64,000 bases of DNA from a bacterium BMS3Abin02 (lineage in GTDB: Bacteria; Actinomycetota; Acidimicrobiia; Spongiisociales; UBA4744): positions 5,201 to 69,200 of the forward strand of contig BDSU01000040.1 of NCBI GenBank assembly GCA_002897675.1. Direction: 5' to 3'. Made by a program: the position numbers and the translations under genes. This document shows positions 50,747 through 60,351 of the stretch, piece by piece (the stretch's first letter is position 1; each line of letters begins with the position of its first letter). Below the pieces are notes generated by a model that searched no databases, was not told the origin of the DNA, and was given only the letters and a program-made list of their open reading frames with translations.

Positions 50747-51412
50747 TCACTCCATCGATTCGACTGACGCTCTGAGCTCTTGCACGGCTGCGACCGGATC
50801 CGCCGACCCGAAGATCGCGCTTCCGGCCACGAACACGTCCGCTCCGGCTTCCCGTGCAGCACGGGCATTCTCAGAACTCACACCACCGTCAATCTCTATA
50901 TCGGTCGGCAGGCTGTGAGAATCAATGAACTTTCTCGCTATCTCGACCTTTTCGAGGGAATCGCCGATGAACGACTGGCCTCCGAACCCCGGATGCACCG
51001 ACATCACGAGCAGGAGATCGACGAGCTCGACGAACGGTTCCACCGCTTCGAACGGTGTGGACGGGTTCAGGGCGAGGCCGAACGCCAACCCTTCGGCCCG
51101 GGCCTGTGCGGCGACTCGCGTCGGGTCCGGGTACACCTCGATGTGCACCGTGGCAAGATCGACTCCTGCGGTCCTCAACGCCGGAAAGTAGGCGTCGGGA
51201 TTCGTCGTCATCAGATGGCAATCGAAGAACAACGAGGAACAGCGCCGCAGAGCGGCGATGACCGGTATACCGAAGGTGATATTCGGGACGAAGTGTCCAT
51301 CCATCACATCGAGATGGAGAAGCTCGACATATGGCTCGACCATCGCGACATCCTCTGCGAGATGTGCAAAGTCCGCCGCGAGGATCGAAGGGGCGATGCG
51401 TGCAGGCTGCAT
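50747..51412 (-). CDS. rpe: Ribulose-phosphate 3-epimerase
   Basis: APSILAADFAHLAE ... HLDVMDGHFVPN ... MSVHPGFGGQ are canonical Rpe motifs. 221 aa. Confidence 0.9.
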   Translation of the reverse strand: MQPARIAPSILAADFAHLAEDVAMVEPYVELLHLDVMDGHFVPNITFGIPVIAALRRCSSLFFDCHLMTTNPDAYFPALRTAGVDLATVHIEVYPDPTRVAAQARAEGLAFGLALNPSTPFEAVEPFVELVDLLLVMSVHPGFGGQSFIGDSLEKVEIARKFIDSHSLPTDIEIDGGVSSENARAAREAGADVFVAGSAIFGSADPVAAVQELRASVESME

Positions 51413-51475
51413 CGGGCGAGTGTATCAACTCCGCAGGCAGCTACTCTGGACCCCCGGTTCGTTCCCGCTATCGGG

Positions 51476-51515
51476 CATTCCGTACTTCGTATTCCGTGCT
51501 TCGTGTTCTGTATCG
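51476..51515. repeat. Imperfect tandem repeat, 14-nt unit x about 2.9 (CATTCCGTACTTCG / TATTCCGTGCTTCG / TGTTCTGTATCG), in the rpe upstream region
   Basis: Read directly from the sequence. Locally AT-richer than the genome. A related half-copy (CATCCGTACTTCGCATCGCGACC) lies at 49722-49745 upstream of the FMN riboswitch. Confidence 0.4.
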
Positions 51516-51849
51516 CGGTGACCATCGATCCAGGACCGTGGGCGGAAGTAGCGGCTCCGCCGTGGCCAAGACACGGTCGTGCACTGCGTCGAGAGGAGAG
51601 ACGCGGCGGGTCGACCCCATGAACCTGCCGGGTTGACCTGTGTCGATGAGCGATGCACCGTCGCCGAGATGCCTTCCATGGATTGCTCGGCGGGTTCCTG
51701 GTGCCTTGGCCGGTGACGTTCGGGGCGTCGATACCCTTCTTGCGTGAGGCCGCCCGCGCCATGGGCAGCCAGCTCACGCAAGAACGGGGGAAGGGGGCTG
51801 CTCGACGTTCCTGGCCGGCAGAACACCGCAAAGATTGCCGATCGAGACA

Positions 51850-52756
51850 CTAGCCAAGCGTGCCGAGTTTGCGGCCACGCGCCCATGCAGCGGCCTCCAT
51901 TCGTTTCCGTCCGGCGGGTTGCACTTCGAGCAACTCCAGGTCGCCTCGGGCCGTTCCAAGGAACACTGCTCCCTCGCGGACGGCAAGTCGACCGGGCTCG
52001 AGGTCGGGCCCACCCGATGCCAGGCGGGCTCGCCACACCTTTACTCGCTCGCCATCGTGGAAACCATAGGCACCTCCGCGTGCCGTGAAGGCACGGATCA
52101 CCCGATCGAGGACCTCCGCGGACATCGAAGGGTCGATCTTCATCTCGGACACGTCGATGCGCTTCGCGTAGGTGACGCCCTCGTCCGGTTGCGCTCGCGG
52201 TTGAAGCTCCCCACGAAGGTATGGCGGGAGTGTCTCGGCCAGAAGCTCTGCTCCGAGGTCGCCGAGCTCACTCGTGAGACATACCGCATCGAATTCGCTC
52301 TCGATCCGCATCCTTCGACTGGCCAGCAAGGGGCCCGTATCGAGTCCTTCGTCCAGCTGCATGATCGTTACTCCGGTTTCACGATCGCCGGCCAGGATGG
52401 CCCGCTCGACCGGAGCGGCACCACGCCACCGTGGCAAGAGCGAGAAGTGAACATTCACAAACCCCCTCGCAGGCATGGACAAGACATGCGGTGGGATGAG
52501 CATCCCAAAGGCAACCACGACCGCCACATCGGCCTCGGCCGAGTCGATGGTCGCAGCCAGGTCGGCCGATCGCTCCGGCTGGGATATGTCGATTCCGAGC
52601 TGCAACGCTGCCGTCTTGACCGGCGAGGGCCGCGGTTTTCGCAGGCGGCCGGCGCCTCGATCGGGTCGCGTGACGACCATCACGACCTGCTCGCGCAGAG
52701 TCCGCAACGTCGGGACCGCCGACGCGGGCGTGCCGAGGAAGACGATCCTGGTCATT
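51850..52756 (-). CDS. fmt: Methionyl-tRNA formyltransferase
   Basis: MTRIVFLGTP ... formyltransferase N-terminal domain (HFSLLPRWRGAAP) and C-terminal domain. The start was set at the internal Met. The longer ORF has an Arg-rich artefactual leader. Confidence 0.85.
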
Positions 52757-53261
52757 GGTCGAGTCCCAGTGCCTCCTCGCGGAGATCTCGCAGCGCCTGT
52801 TTGCGAACTCTCCGTTCGAGACGCCCGATGAGCAGCATTCCCTCGAGATGATCGATCTCGTGCTGGAGCACTCGCCCGAGCAGTTCCTCGCCTGCGTACT
52901 CGACCACCTCGCCGAACTCGTCCAGCCCACGCGCCCGGGCAAACGCCGGCCGTTCGATCGGCCAGAATCGGTTTGGCACGGAAAGGCAACCTTCTTCGAA
53001 GACCCACTCGCCGGATGTTTCCAACAGTACCGGATTGATGAGTGCTTTCGGACCATCTCCCACGTCGAACACCACGACCCGTTTCGAAACGCCGATCTGG
53101 GGAGCCGCCAGCCCGACACCGGGCGCGTCGCGCATCGTTTCGATCAGGTCATCGACGAGGCGCCGGATGCTGTCATCGATCTGCGCGACCTCGCCGGCGC
53201 GACTTCTGAGCACCGGATCCCCGAACGTACGGATGGGAAAGATGGACATGCTCGCGAGCAT
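52752..53261 (-). CDS. def: Peptide deformylase
   Basis: Motifs GVGLAAPQIG, EGCLS and HEIDHLEG. 169 aa. Confidence 0.85.
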   Translation of the reverse strand: MLASMSIFPIRTFGDPVLRSRAGEVAQIDDSIRRLVDDLIETMRDAPGVGLAAPQIGVSKRVVVFDVGDGPKALINPVLLETSGEWVFEEGCLSVPNRFWPIERPAFARARGLDEFGEVVEYAGEELLGRVLQHEIDHLEGMLLIGRLERRVRKQALRDLREEALGLDQ

Positions 53262-53264
53262 AGT

Positions 53265-55034
53265 TCAGAGGTCGAGAGGGTCTACATCCAGTCGAACGGC
53301 GGCGCCTCCGTCGCGAAGCGTCTGCACGGCGGATCGGAGCAACGATCGCACGCCCGAGAGGTCACGACCCTGAATCAGCCAACGCAGCTTGCCTGATCGC
53401 CCGGCGGGACCCAACAAGGTCGCCCCGGTTCCGACGGCTTCCTGCAGCAGAGTCCGTGCATCCCGCGTTCCTCCGGTCACCTCGACGACGATCACCTCGC
53501 CGGCCGGTGGCAGCCCGAACTCCTGTCGGACCCGCAGCTCTCCCTCGAGAAACGGCAGCGGATCTCCGCTCCGCAGCGCAGCTATCACCGGATGGTTCGG
53601 CTGACCGGTCTGGACGATCAGGTGCCGACCGTTGCCGAAAGGGATGCTGACGGCAAGGCGCGCGAAGATGCGCAATGCCTCCTCCGCCGCGTTGTAGGCG
53701 CTACCGAGTATCAATCCGTCTGCGTCACCCACGACACCGAGTCCAACCCCTACGAGTGCGGGGATGTCACGTTCGGTGCCCACCCAGATCGGGGCTTCGC
53801 TGCCGACCGCACCGACGGCACCGTCCCCATGCGCACGACGCAAAGCCTCGGAGATCCTTCCGACGCCGGCTCCAAGCGGCTCGAATCGTCTCCCGCCACA
53901 GACCGTGCAGGACCCCAGCTCGGTTCCGCATCGGCTGCACTTGTCACCCGGCTCCGGCCTCGATCCGCACGAAGGACAACGGCGCAGCGTCTTGCACTTG
54001 ACACAGCGGAATGCCGGGGCATACCCGCGCCTGTGGCTGAACACGAATACTCTGACACCTCGGCCCAAGGCCCCGGCGATCGAGCTTCTCACCCGCCGGG
54101 CGAAGAGTCCACTTCCAGGCGGATCCTCCGTCCGATCAATGATCTCCACCGGGGGCCATCCTCGGGCCGAACGTCGCTGGACTTCAACACCCGACGCAAG
54201 CACGGTCGTGCTCGGCATGCTCCCCAGATACACGACGTTGAAGCGTTCCACGGAGGCCCGACGCCGGACGACCTCTCTCGCATGGACCGTGGGCGTTTGG
54301 CGGTCCCGCATCGCTCGGCGCCCTTCCTCGACGATCATTGCCAGCCGCAGCTGCTCGATCGGCCAGAACGCGACGCGGTGTGTTCCGACAACGACGTGTC
54401 CCGGCATCTCACACGCACGATCCCATGCGGCGGTGACCTCGCGGCGAGAGGCGTCCGGCAGCACCTCGACAACACGGGTGCCATACGCTTCACTCAGGAG
54501 AGCGCCATGGGTCGCGACCTCTGCTCCTGTCGGCAAGATGACCATTGCAGAGCCGCCTGAGCGAAGAACGGGTCCGACATTCAGGACGGCATCGGTCGAC
54601 TCTTCCCTGCCAACCAGCAAGTAGACGGCCCTCGTCCGGCGCCCGGCGGCTGCGGCGGAGATCGGCGCAGGTAGATCTCTTGGCGCTTCTTGCAGGACCG
54701 GGGGAAGCGCTTCTGCTTCCACGCCACCAGGCAGGTTCGGAGGTCCGGCGCGACGCAGCAGAGCCGCCAAGGGGGCGACATAGTGATGAGCCGCCCATCG
54801 CAACGTCTGCAAGAGATCTTCGGTAAAGATCGGCACCTCGGCCGACACCGCCTCGATCGTCTTCAGGCCCGAGGTTTCACCGGGCTCCACATCCACGACC
54901 CACCCGCGCACGACCCTTCGTCCCAGCGGCACACGCACAACGGATCCGATGGGGAGTGGTTGATCGGTCGCGTATCTGAACCCCTCATCGACAGCGTACG
55001 TGGGAAGATCGGGAACGACTCGCGCAATGCGCAA
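53265..55034 (-). CDS. priA: Primosomal protein N' (PriA-like helicase). Probable TTG start abutting the metK stop.
   Basis: N-terminal 3'-DNA-binding-like region (VPLGRRVVRGWVV). Central Cys-rich zinc-binding region (CVKCKTLRRCPSCGS...CSRCGT...CTVCGG). C-terminal domain. The longer upstream ORF overlaps metK and was rejected. Confidence 0.75.
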   Translation of the reverse strand: MRIARVVPDLPTYAVDEGFRYATDQPLPIGSVVRVPLGRRVVRGWVVDVEPGETSGLKTIEAVSAEVPIFTEDLLQTLRWAAHHYVAPLAALLRRAGPPNLPGGVEAEALPPVLQEAPRDLPAPISAAAAGRRTRAVYLLVGREESTDAVLNVGPVLRSGGSAMVILPTGAEVATHGALLSEAYGTRVVEVLPDASRREVTAAWDRACEMPGHVVVGTHRVAFWPIEQLRLAMIVEEGRRAMRDRQTPTVHAREVVRRRASVERFNVVYLGSMPSTTVLASGVEVQRRSARGWPPVEIIDRTEDPPGSGLFARRVRSSIAGALGRGVRVFVFSHRRGYAPAFRCVKCKTLRRCPSCGSRPEPGDKCSRCGTELGSCTVCGGRRFEPLGAGVGRISEALRRAHGDGAVGAVGSEAPIWVGTERDIPALVGVGLGVVGDADGLILGSAYNAAEEALRIFARLAVSIPFGNGRHLIVQTGQPNHPVIAALRSGDPLPFLEGELRVRQEFGLPPAGEVIVVEVTGGTRDARTLLQEAVGTGATLLGPAGRSGKLRWLIQGRDLSGVRSLLRSAVQTLRDGGAAVRLDVDPLDL

Positions 55035-55036
55035 AG

Positions 55037-56212
55037 TCAGCCTGCCTCCCTGGCCAGATCGCCGGCGACGTCGGTCGCCTCCCAAGGGAATCCTTCTCGA
55101 CCGAAATGGCCGTACGCAGATGTCGCCGTATAGATCGGCCGACGGAGACCGAACCGTTCGATGATCGCTTCCGGTCGAAAGTCGAATCGTTCCCTGACGA
55201 GCTCGTCGAGGGCCACGGGGTCGATGCGCTCCGTACCGAAGGTCTCTACGCGAATGGAGAACGGCCGGGCACGTCCGATCGCGTATGAGAGCTGCACCTC
55301 GCACTCCTCGGCCAAGCCGGCGGCCACCACGTTCTTCGCCGCATATCTCGCGGCATACGCCGCGGAGCGATCTACCTTGGTGGGGTCCTTCCCGGAGAAG
55401 CTTCCTCCCCCGTGACGGGCCGCACCCCCGTACGTGTCGACGATGATCTTGCGCCCCGTGAGGCCGGTATCGGCTTCAGGCCCGCCCACTTCAAACCTCC
55501 CCGAAGGATTGACGAGCAGCTCGAACTCTCCGGTGTTCAGCGAACCGTCGAGTGCAGGTCGAACGACCGCTTCCGTGAGCTCATCCTTCAGCCGCTCCTG
55601 AGAAACCCCCGGCTTGTGCTGGGCCGAGATCAGCACCCGGTGCACCGCGACGGGTTTGCGGCCCTCATACTCGACGGTCACCTGGGTCTTCCCGTCGGGA
55701 CCCAGATACTCGAGCGTCCCGTTCTTCCGGACTGCTGCCAGTCGCTCTGCGAGCCGATGCGCATACTCGATCGGAGCGGGCATGAGTTCCGGAGTTTCGT
55801 CGACCGCATAGCCGAACATGATCCCCTGATCTCCGGCACCGAGACGGTCCATGGGGTCGGTGGATCCGTTCCTCCACTCCAAAGACACGTCGACTCCACC
55901 GGCGATGTCGGGGCTCTGCACACCGATCAGGTTGTCGATCCGGCATGTTTGCGCAGAGAATTCCGCTGCGGAATCGTCGTATCCGGAAGCTGCGATTGCA
56001 CCACGGGCCGTCCTGTCGACGTCGATCCGGGCGCTGCTTCCGATCTCGCCTGCAACGAGGACCCTGCCCCGGGTGACGAGCGTTTCACAAGCGACGCGTC
56101 CCACAGGGTCCTGTCTGAGCACCTCGTCGAGTATCGCGTCGGAGATGCGATCGGCGACCTTGTCGGGATGCCCTTCGGTGACGGATTCAGAGGTGAAGAA
56201 CCAGGTGCGCAT
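55037..56212 (-). CDS. metK: S-adenosylmethionine synthetase
   Basis: [24 protein letters not shown] ... [12 protein letters not shown] ... [23 protein letters not shown] are canonical MAT motifs. 391 aa. Confidence 0.9.
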   Translation of the reverse strand: MRTWFFTSESVTEGHPDKVADRISDAILDEVLRQDPVGRVACETLVTRGRVLVAGEIGSSARIDVDRTARGAIAASGYDDSAAEFSAQTCRIDNLIGVQSPDIAGGVDVSLEWRNGSTDPMDRLGAGDQGIMFGYAVDETPELMPAPIEYAHRLAERLAAVRKNGTLEYLGPDGKTQVTVEYEGRKPVAVHRVLISAQHKPGVSQERLKDELTEAVVRPALDGSLNTGEFELLVNPSGRFEVGGPEADTGLTGRKIIVDTYGGAARHGGGSFSGKDPTKVDRSAAYAARYAAKNVVAAGLAEECEVQLSYAIGRARPFSIRVETFGTERIDPVALDELVRERFDFRPEAIIERFGLRRPIYTATSAYGHFGREGFPWEATDVAGDLAREAG

Positions 56213-56320
56213 CGCCGGGAGTATACGGTATCGACGTACCGTATTCGCGGTTCGGGCGGCCGCGAACAGGAAGCCGGCTCCGTGCGTGCCAACAGACCTG
56301 AACGCGTTCGTTCCGCCGGG

Positions 56321-57499
56321 CTATCGGGTTCGGCGCGGTCTCGCTCTCTCCGCGATGAGGTCCCAGAGACGCACGGCAACCTCTTGTTTCGGCATGAGCG
56401 GCCACGTGTCGATGGCACCGTCGGGATCGAGGATGCTCACCTGGTTGGTCCCGGTTCCGAATCCGGACCCCTCCGCGCTCACGTCGTTGGCAACGATGAA
56501 GTCGGCGCCTTTGTCGCGGGCCTTCTCGACCGCTGCCTCCGCCGGGCCCGTCTCGGCGGCGAATCCCACGAGGAAAGGTCGAGCCTCGAGCGCCGCGACC
56601 GCAGCGAGAATATCGGGCGTCCGGGTCATTCTCAGTAGCGGCGGGCCTTCTTTCCGTCGGAGCTTGTGATCGGAGGTCTCGGCCGGCTTGAAGTCTGCAA
56701 CGGCGGCAGCCATCACGGCCACATCGATCTCTGGAGCACGTTCCAGCACCGCTTCCGCCATTTCATCCGCGGTCTCGACCGTGACACGATCCACTCCCGG
56801 AGGTGTCTCGAGGGCCGACGTGCTCACCAACGTCACACGTGCGCCTCTTCGGGCGGCTTCCGCGGCGATGGCGTGGCCCATCTTCCCGGTCGAACGGTTG
56901 CCGACAAACCGGACAGGGTCGATAGGCTCCCGTGTGCCGCCTGCCGTCACGAGTACGTGCCATCCTGCAAGCTCGGGATTCATCATCGCCGAGAGGGCGG
57001 TGATGATCTCCTCAGGTTCGACCATCCTTCCCGGCCCTGTGTCCCCGCCGGCGAGCGCTCCGGAAGCCGGACCCACGAAACGGTAGCCATCGGCCATCAG
57101 TGTGGACACGTTCCTTCGTGTTGCCGCGTTTTCCCACATCTCGGTGTGCATCGCGGGAGCAAGGAGCACCGGGGAGCGCGTTGCCAGAAGCGTTGCCGAC
57201 AGGAGGTCGTCTGCCAGTCCGGCGGCCGCTTTGGCGATCGTCGTGGCGGTTGCAGGTGCAACCACGACACCTTCTGCCCACTGCGCAAGTTCGGTGTGCG
57301 GACTCACCCGACCGAAGAGATCGGTCAGGACCCGGTGGCCGGTCACCGCGGAGAAGCTCTGCGTACCAACGAAGCGCTGTGCAGCGTCGGTCATGACCAC
57401 CTGGACGTCTGCGCCCTCCTCGCCGAGTCGTCGAGCCAGGTAAACGGCCTTGTATGCGGCGATTCCTCCGGTAACTCCGAGCAGGATGCGCCGCTGCAT
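56321..57499 (-). CDS. coaBC: Bifunctional phosphopantothenoylcysteine decarboxylase / phosphopantothenate--cysteine ligase
   Basis: N-terminal flavoprotein domain (RILLGVTGGIAAYKA) plus C-terminal CoaB ligase domain. 392 aa. Confidence 0.9.
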   Translation of the reverse strand: MQRRILLGVTGGIAAYKAVYLARRLGEEGADVQVVMTDAAQRFVGTQSFSAVTGHRVLTDLFGRVSPHTELAQWAEGVVVAPATATTIAKAAAGLADDLLSATLLATRSPVLLAPAMHTEMWENAATRRNVSTLMADGYRFVGPASGALAGGDTGPGRMVEPEEIITALSAMMNPELAGWHVLVTAGGTREPIDPVRFVGNRSTGKMGHAIAAEAARRGARVTLVSTSALETPPGVDRVTVETADEMAEAVLERAPEIDVAVMAAAVADFKPAETSDHKLRRKEGPPLLRMTRTPDILAAVAALEARPFLVGFAAETGPAEAAVEKARDKGADFIVANDVSAEGSGFGTGTNQVSILDPDGAIDTWPLMPKQEVAVRLWDLIAERARPRRTR

Positions 57500-57505
57500 G
57501 GGCAG

Positions 57506-57736
57506 CTAGTCCTCTGCGCGATCGATGACGAGCTTGCCCTCGGCGATCTCTTCGAACGCGATCGTCAACGCCTTGTGGCTCAACGTATGTACCTGCGGTG
57601 GAACGTAGTGGCCGATTCCTTCGCCCAACTGGTTGAAATAGGCGTTGATCTGCCGGGCGCGGCGGGAAGCGAGCACGACGAGATCGAACCGACCTCCTGC
57701 TACTTCGAGGAGGTCTTCGACTGGTGGTTGCATCAT
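57506..57736 (-). CDS. rpoZ: DNA-directed RNA polymerase subunit omega
   Basis: 76 aa. Conserved RFDLVVLASRRARQINAY motif. Located between gmk and coaBC as in other actinobacteria. Confidence 0.85.
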   Translation of the reverse strand: MMQPPVEDLLEVAGGRFDLVVLASRRARQINAYFNQLGEGIGHYVPPQVHTLSHKALTIAFEEIAEGKLVIDRAED

Positions 57737-58314
57737 GATGAGTCTGCTCTCGTGGGGGGTGCGGCAAGTATACGCAGGATCTGGGCGACTGTGTCCTCAA
57801 CCCGCCTGTTGACGACGACATGATCGAAGGTGTCTCTTGCATTGCTCAGCTGCCATGCCGCTATTTCGAGTCGTCGATCGATCTGTTCCGGGTCGGTATC
57901 TCCCCTCCCCCGAAGTCTCTCCTCGAGGGCCTCCATCGACGGAGGGGCCACGAACACCGTGATCGCCTCGGGGAACGCCGCTTTGACTTGCGCGGCACCG
58001 TTGACCTCGATGTCCAGCAACACGTCGTTGCCGGATGCGAGCTGCTCCAGCACGGGATCCTTGGGGGTCCCGTATTGATGTCCGGCGTATTCTGTCCATT
58101 CGAGGAGTCGGCCCGAGGACCGCAGACGGTCGAACGTCTCCGGGGTGACGAACCGGTAGTCCACCCCATCCACCTCTCCGGGTCGGCGCCGTCTCGTCGT
58201 GACCGAGACGGAAAAGAAGAAGGGATGTCGTTCGTGAAGTGCGGCCACCACTGTCGACTTGCCGACACCTGAAGGACCGGAAACGACGATGAGGCGCCCA
58301 CGATCGGTACTCAC
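57733..58314 (-). CDS. gmk: Guanylate kinase
   Basis: P-loop VVSGPSGVGKST. Typical GMP-binding region (SVSVTTRRRRPGEVDGVDYRFV). 193 aa. Confidence 0.9.
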   Translation of the reverse strand: MSTDRGRLIVVSGPSGVGKSTVVAALHERHPFFFSVSVTTRRRRPGEVDGVDYRFVTPETFDRLRSSGRLLEWTEYAGHQYGTPKDPVLEQLASGNDVLLDIEVNGAAQVKAAFPEAITVFVAPPSMEALEERLRGRGDTDPEQIDRRLEIAAWQLSNARDTFDHVVVNRRVEDTVAQILRILAAPPTRADSS

Positions 58315-58414
58315 GAGCTACTCGCGCCGACCCGGGATGCGTCGAGCGCTGAGGACGCCGCGGGCAACGATGCACGATCGTAGAGATGCGTGCCATGCAT
58401 TGCTCAGCGGGCTC

Positions 58415-58726
58415 CTAGGAAAACGTGTCGAGGAGAGCGGCACGCTGGCGTCCACCGAGGCCGCGCAGCCTCCTGCTCTCTGCGATTCCATGTGTCTCCA
58501 TGAGCCTCTTGGCCTTGACCTTGCCGGTACCCGGCAACGAGCAGAGCACGGCGTTGACCTTCATGCCTGCGACGATCGGATCTTCATCCGCCCGCTCCAG
58601 CAGTTCGGCGAACGTCACCGATCCGATCTTCAGGAGCTGTTTGAGTTCTGCGCGAACCCTGCGTGCCTCAACGGCCTTTACGAGTGCAGCCGCTCGCTGC
58701 TCATTGGTGAGTGAGGGAGGTGCCAT
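58415..58726 (-). CDS. mihF: Actinobacterial integration host factor (mIHF)
   Basis: SLTNEQRAAALVKAVEARRVRAELK ... GKVKAKRLMETHGIAESRRLRGLGGRQRAALLDTF aligns along its length with mycobacterial mIHF. Conserved position between pyrF and gmk. Confidence 0.8.
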   Translation of the reverse strand: MAPPSLTNEQRAAALVKAVEARRVRAELKQLLKIGSVTFAELLERADEDPIVAGMKVNAVLCSLPGTGKVKAKRLMETHGIAESRRLRGLGGRQRAALLDTFS

Positions 58727-58747
58727 GAGTCCGCACTCTACCAAGCC

Positions 58748-59437
58748 TCACATCGACGCGAGTATTCGACGGGCGGCGAGCACGGGTTCGGCGGCGCGGA
58801 TGATCGGACGACCAACCACCAAGAAGTCGGCGCCGTGCCGCATCGCCTCACGCGGGGTGGCAATCCTGGCCTGGTCATCCCTGGTGGCTCCGGGCTCTCG
58901 GATCCCGGGAGTGACCTTCACCAGATCGGGCGCCACCGTCGCGATGATCCCGAGTTCTCTCGCCGAACAGACGACACCTTCGCAACCGCTCTCGGCGGCC
59001 AGACAGGCCATGCGGGAGGTGAGACGTCCGGGAGACGATGCGATACCGACACCGTGCAGAGCTTCGTCGTCGAGGCTCGTGAGCACTGTCACGGCCAGGA
59101 TGCCGGCGTCTCTGCCGCTCGCACCGTCGGCGAGACCTTCCACGGCTGCTTCCATCATCGCCCGTCCTCCGGAGGCGTGCACGCTGATCCACCGGGCTCC
59201 GAGAGCTCCAAGCTGCCTCGCGGCGCGGCGAACAGTGGCCGGTATGTCGTGCAGCTTCGCGTCGGCAAAGATGGGGACGCCGTTCGCGCCGAGCATCGCG
59301 ATCGTCGCAGGACCAGGGCCGCTGAGCAGCTCCAGACCCACTTTGAAGCCGCCCACCTCGCCTTCGAGCATATGCGCCAGCCGTGCAGCTTGAGCGGCAG
59401 TCGCAACGTCGAGCGCCACGATCAGCGGGTTCACCAC
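58748..59437 (-). CDS. pyrF: Orotidine 5'-phosphate decarboxylase
   Basis: Motifs LIVALDV and KLHDIP. 229 aa. Sits in the pyr cluster. Confidence 0.85.
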   Translation of the reverse strand: MVNPLIVALDVATAAQAARLAHMLEGEVGGFKVGLELLSGPGPATIAMLGANGVPIFADAKLHDIPATVRRAARQLGALGARWISVHASGGRAMMEAAVEGLADGASGRDAGILAVTVLTSLDDEALHGVGIASSPGRLTSRMACLAAESGCEGVVCSARELGIIATVAPDLVKVTPGIREPGATRDDQARIATPREAMRHGADFLVVGRPIIRAAEPVLAARRILASM

Positions 59438-60351
59438 GGTTTCACTCCTCCGACCAGTTCTCTCAACGTCTCACATTCCAACTCCCTCGCGAGACGGAGC
59501 ACCTCTCCAAGAATCCTGCTGCCGGCTCTCGGTTCCAGGAAGTGCACCGACCCGAGACCGACTGCCGATGCACCGGCCAAGAGATACTCGATCACGTCTT
59601 CCCCGCTCCGCACGCCTCCACAGCCAACGATCGGTGCGTCAGGTATCTCCCGGTGCACTTCGAGTACACAGGCGAGCGAAATCGGCTTCAACGGGGGCCC
59701 CGAGTAGCCGCCGATCAGCCCTGAGAGGATCGGCCGTCGGGTTCGCACGTCGATGCCCGCCCCTCTGACCGTATTCGTCAAGGTGAGAAAGTCTGCGCCC
59801 GCGTCCATGACGGCGCCTGCGACCCCAACGATATCCCCGGCATTCGGGGACAGCTTCGCTCCGATGGGGATGTCCACCGCCGACCGAACCTCCGCCACGA
59901 CTTCACCAGACTTCATTGCGTCGAGCGCGATGACTCCCCTCCCCTCGAGGTTTGGACACGAGAGGTTGATCTCCACCGCGCCGACCCCGGAACGAGCCAT
60001 CTCGGTCGCGACGAACGCGAATTCCCCAGGCGTATGCCCGACTGCGGAGCCCCAGACAGGAATCGGCACTCCTTCGATCTCGGACGCCATGGACAAGACC
60101 CAGGCCTCGATGCCCGGGTTCTGGATACCGATTCCGTTGAGCATCCCTGTCCCCACCGATCCCACGCGAGGTGCCGGACGGCCGGGCCATGGCTCGACGC
60201 TCACCGACTTGGCCACCGCGGCACCGTACGCCTCCAGTGCAGCCACCGCTACGAAGTCGACGACTGCTCCAAACGTGCCTGCCGCAGCGATCAACGGCGT
60301 GTCGAGGAGCAAGGGACCCAACCTGGTTGTCGTGTCGAGCGATGAAGTCAT
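59431..60351 (-). CDS. pyrD: Dihydroorotate dehydrogenase (catalytic subunit, class 1-like, soluble)
   Basis: TIM-barrel DHOD motifs (NLSCPN, GAKLSPN, GCGGVRSGEDV). The start was set at MTSSLDTT, where ATG overlaps the pyrC stop as ATGA. Confidence 0.85.
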   Translation of the reverse strand: MTSSLDTTTRLGPLLLDTPLIAAAGTFGAVVDFVAVAALEAYGAAVAKSVSVEPWPGRPAPRVGSVGTGMLNGIGIQNPGIEAWVLSMASEIEGVPIPVWGSAVGHTPGEFAFVATEMARSGVGAVEINLSCPNLEGRGVIALDAMKSGEVVAEVRSAVDIPIGAKLSPNAGDIVGVAGAVMDAGADFLTLTNTVRGAGIDVRTRRPILSGLIGGYSGPPLKPISLACVLEVHREIPDAPIVGCGGVRSGEDVIEYLLAGASAVGLGSVHFLEPRAGSRILGEVLRLARELECETLRELVGGVKPW

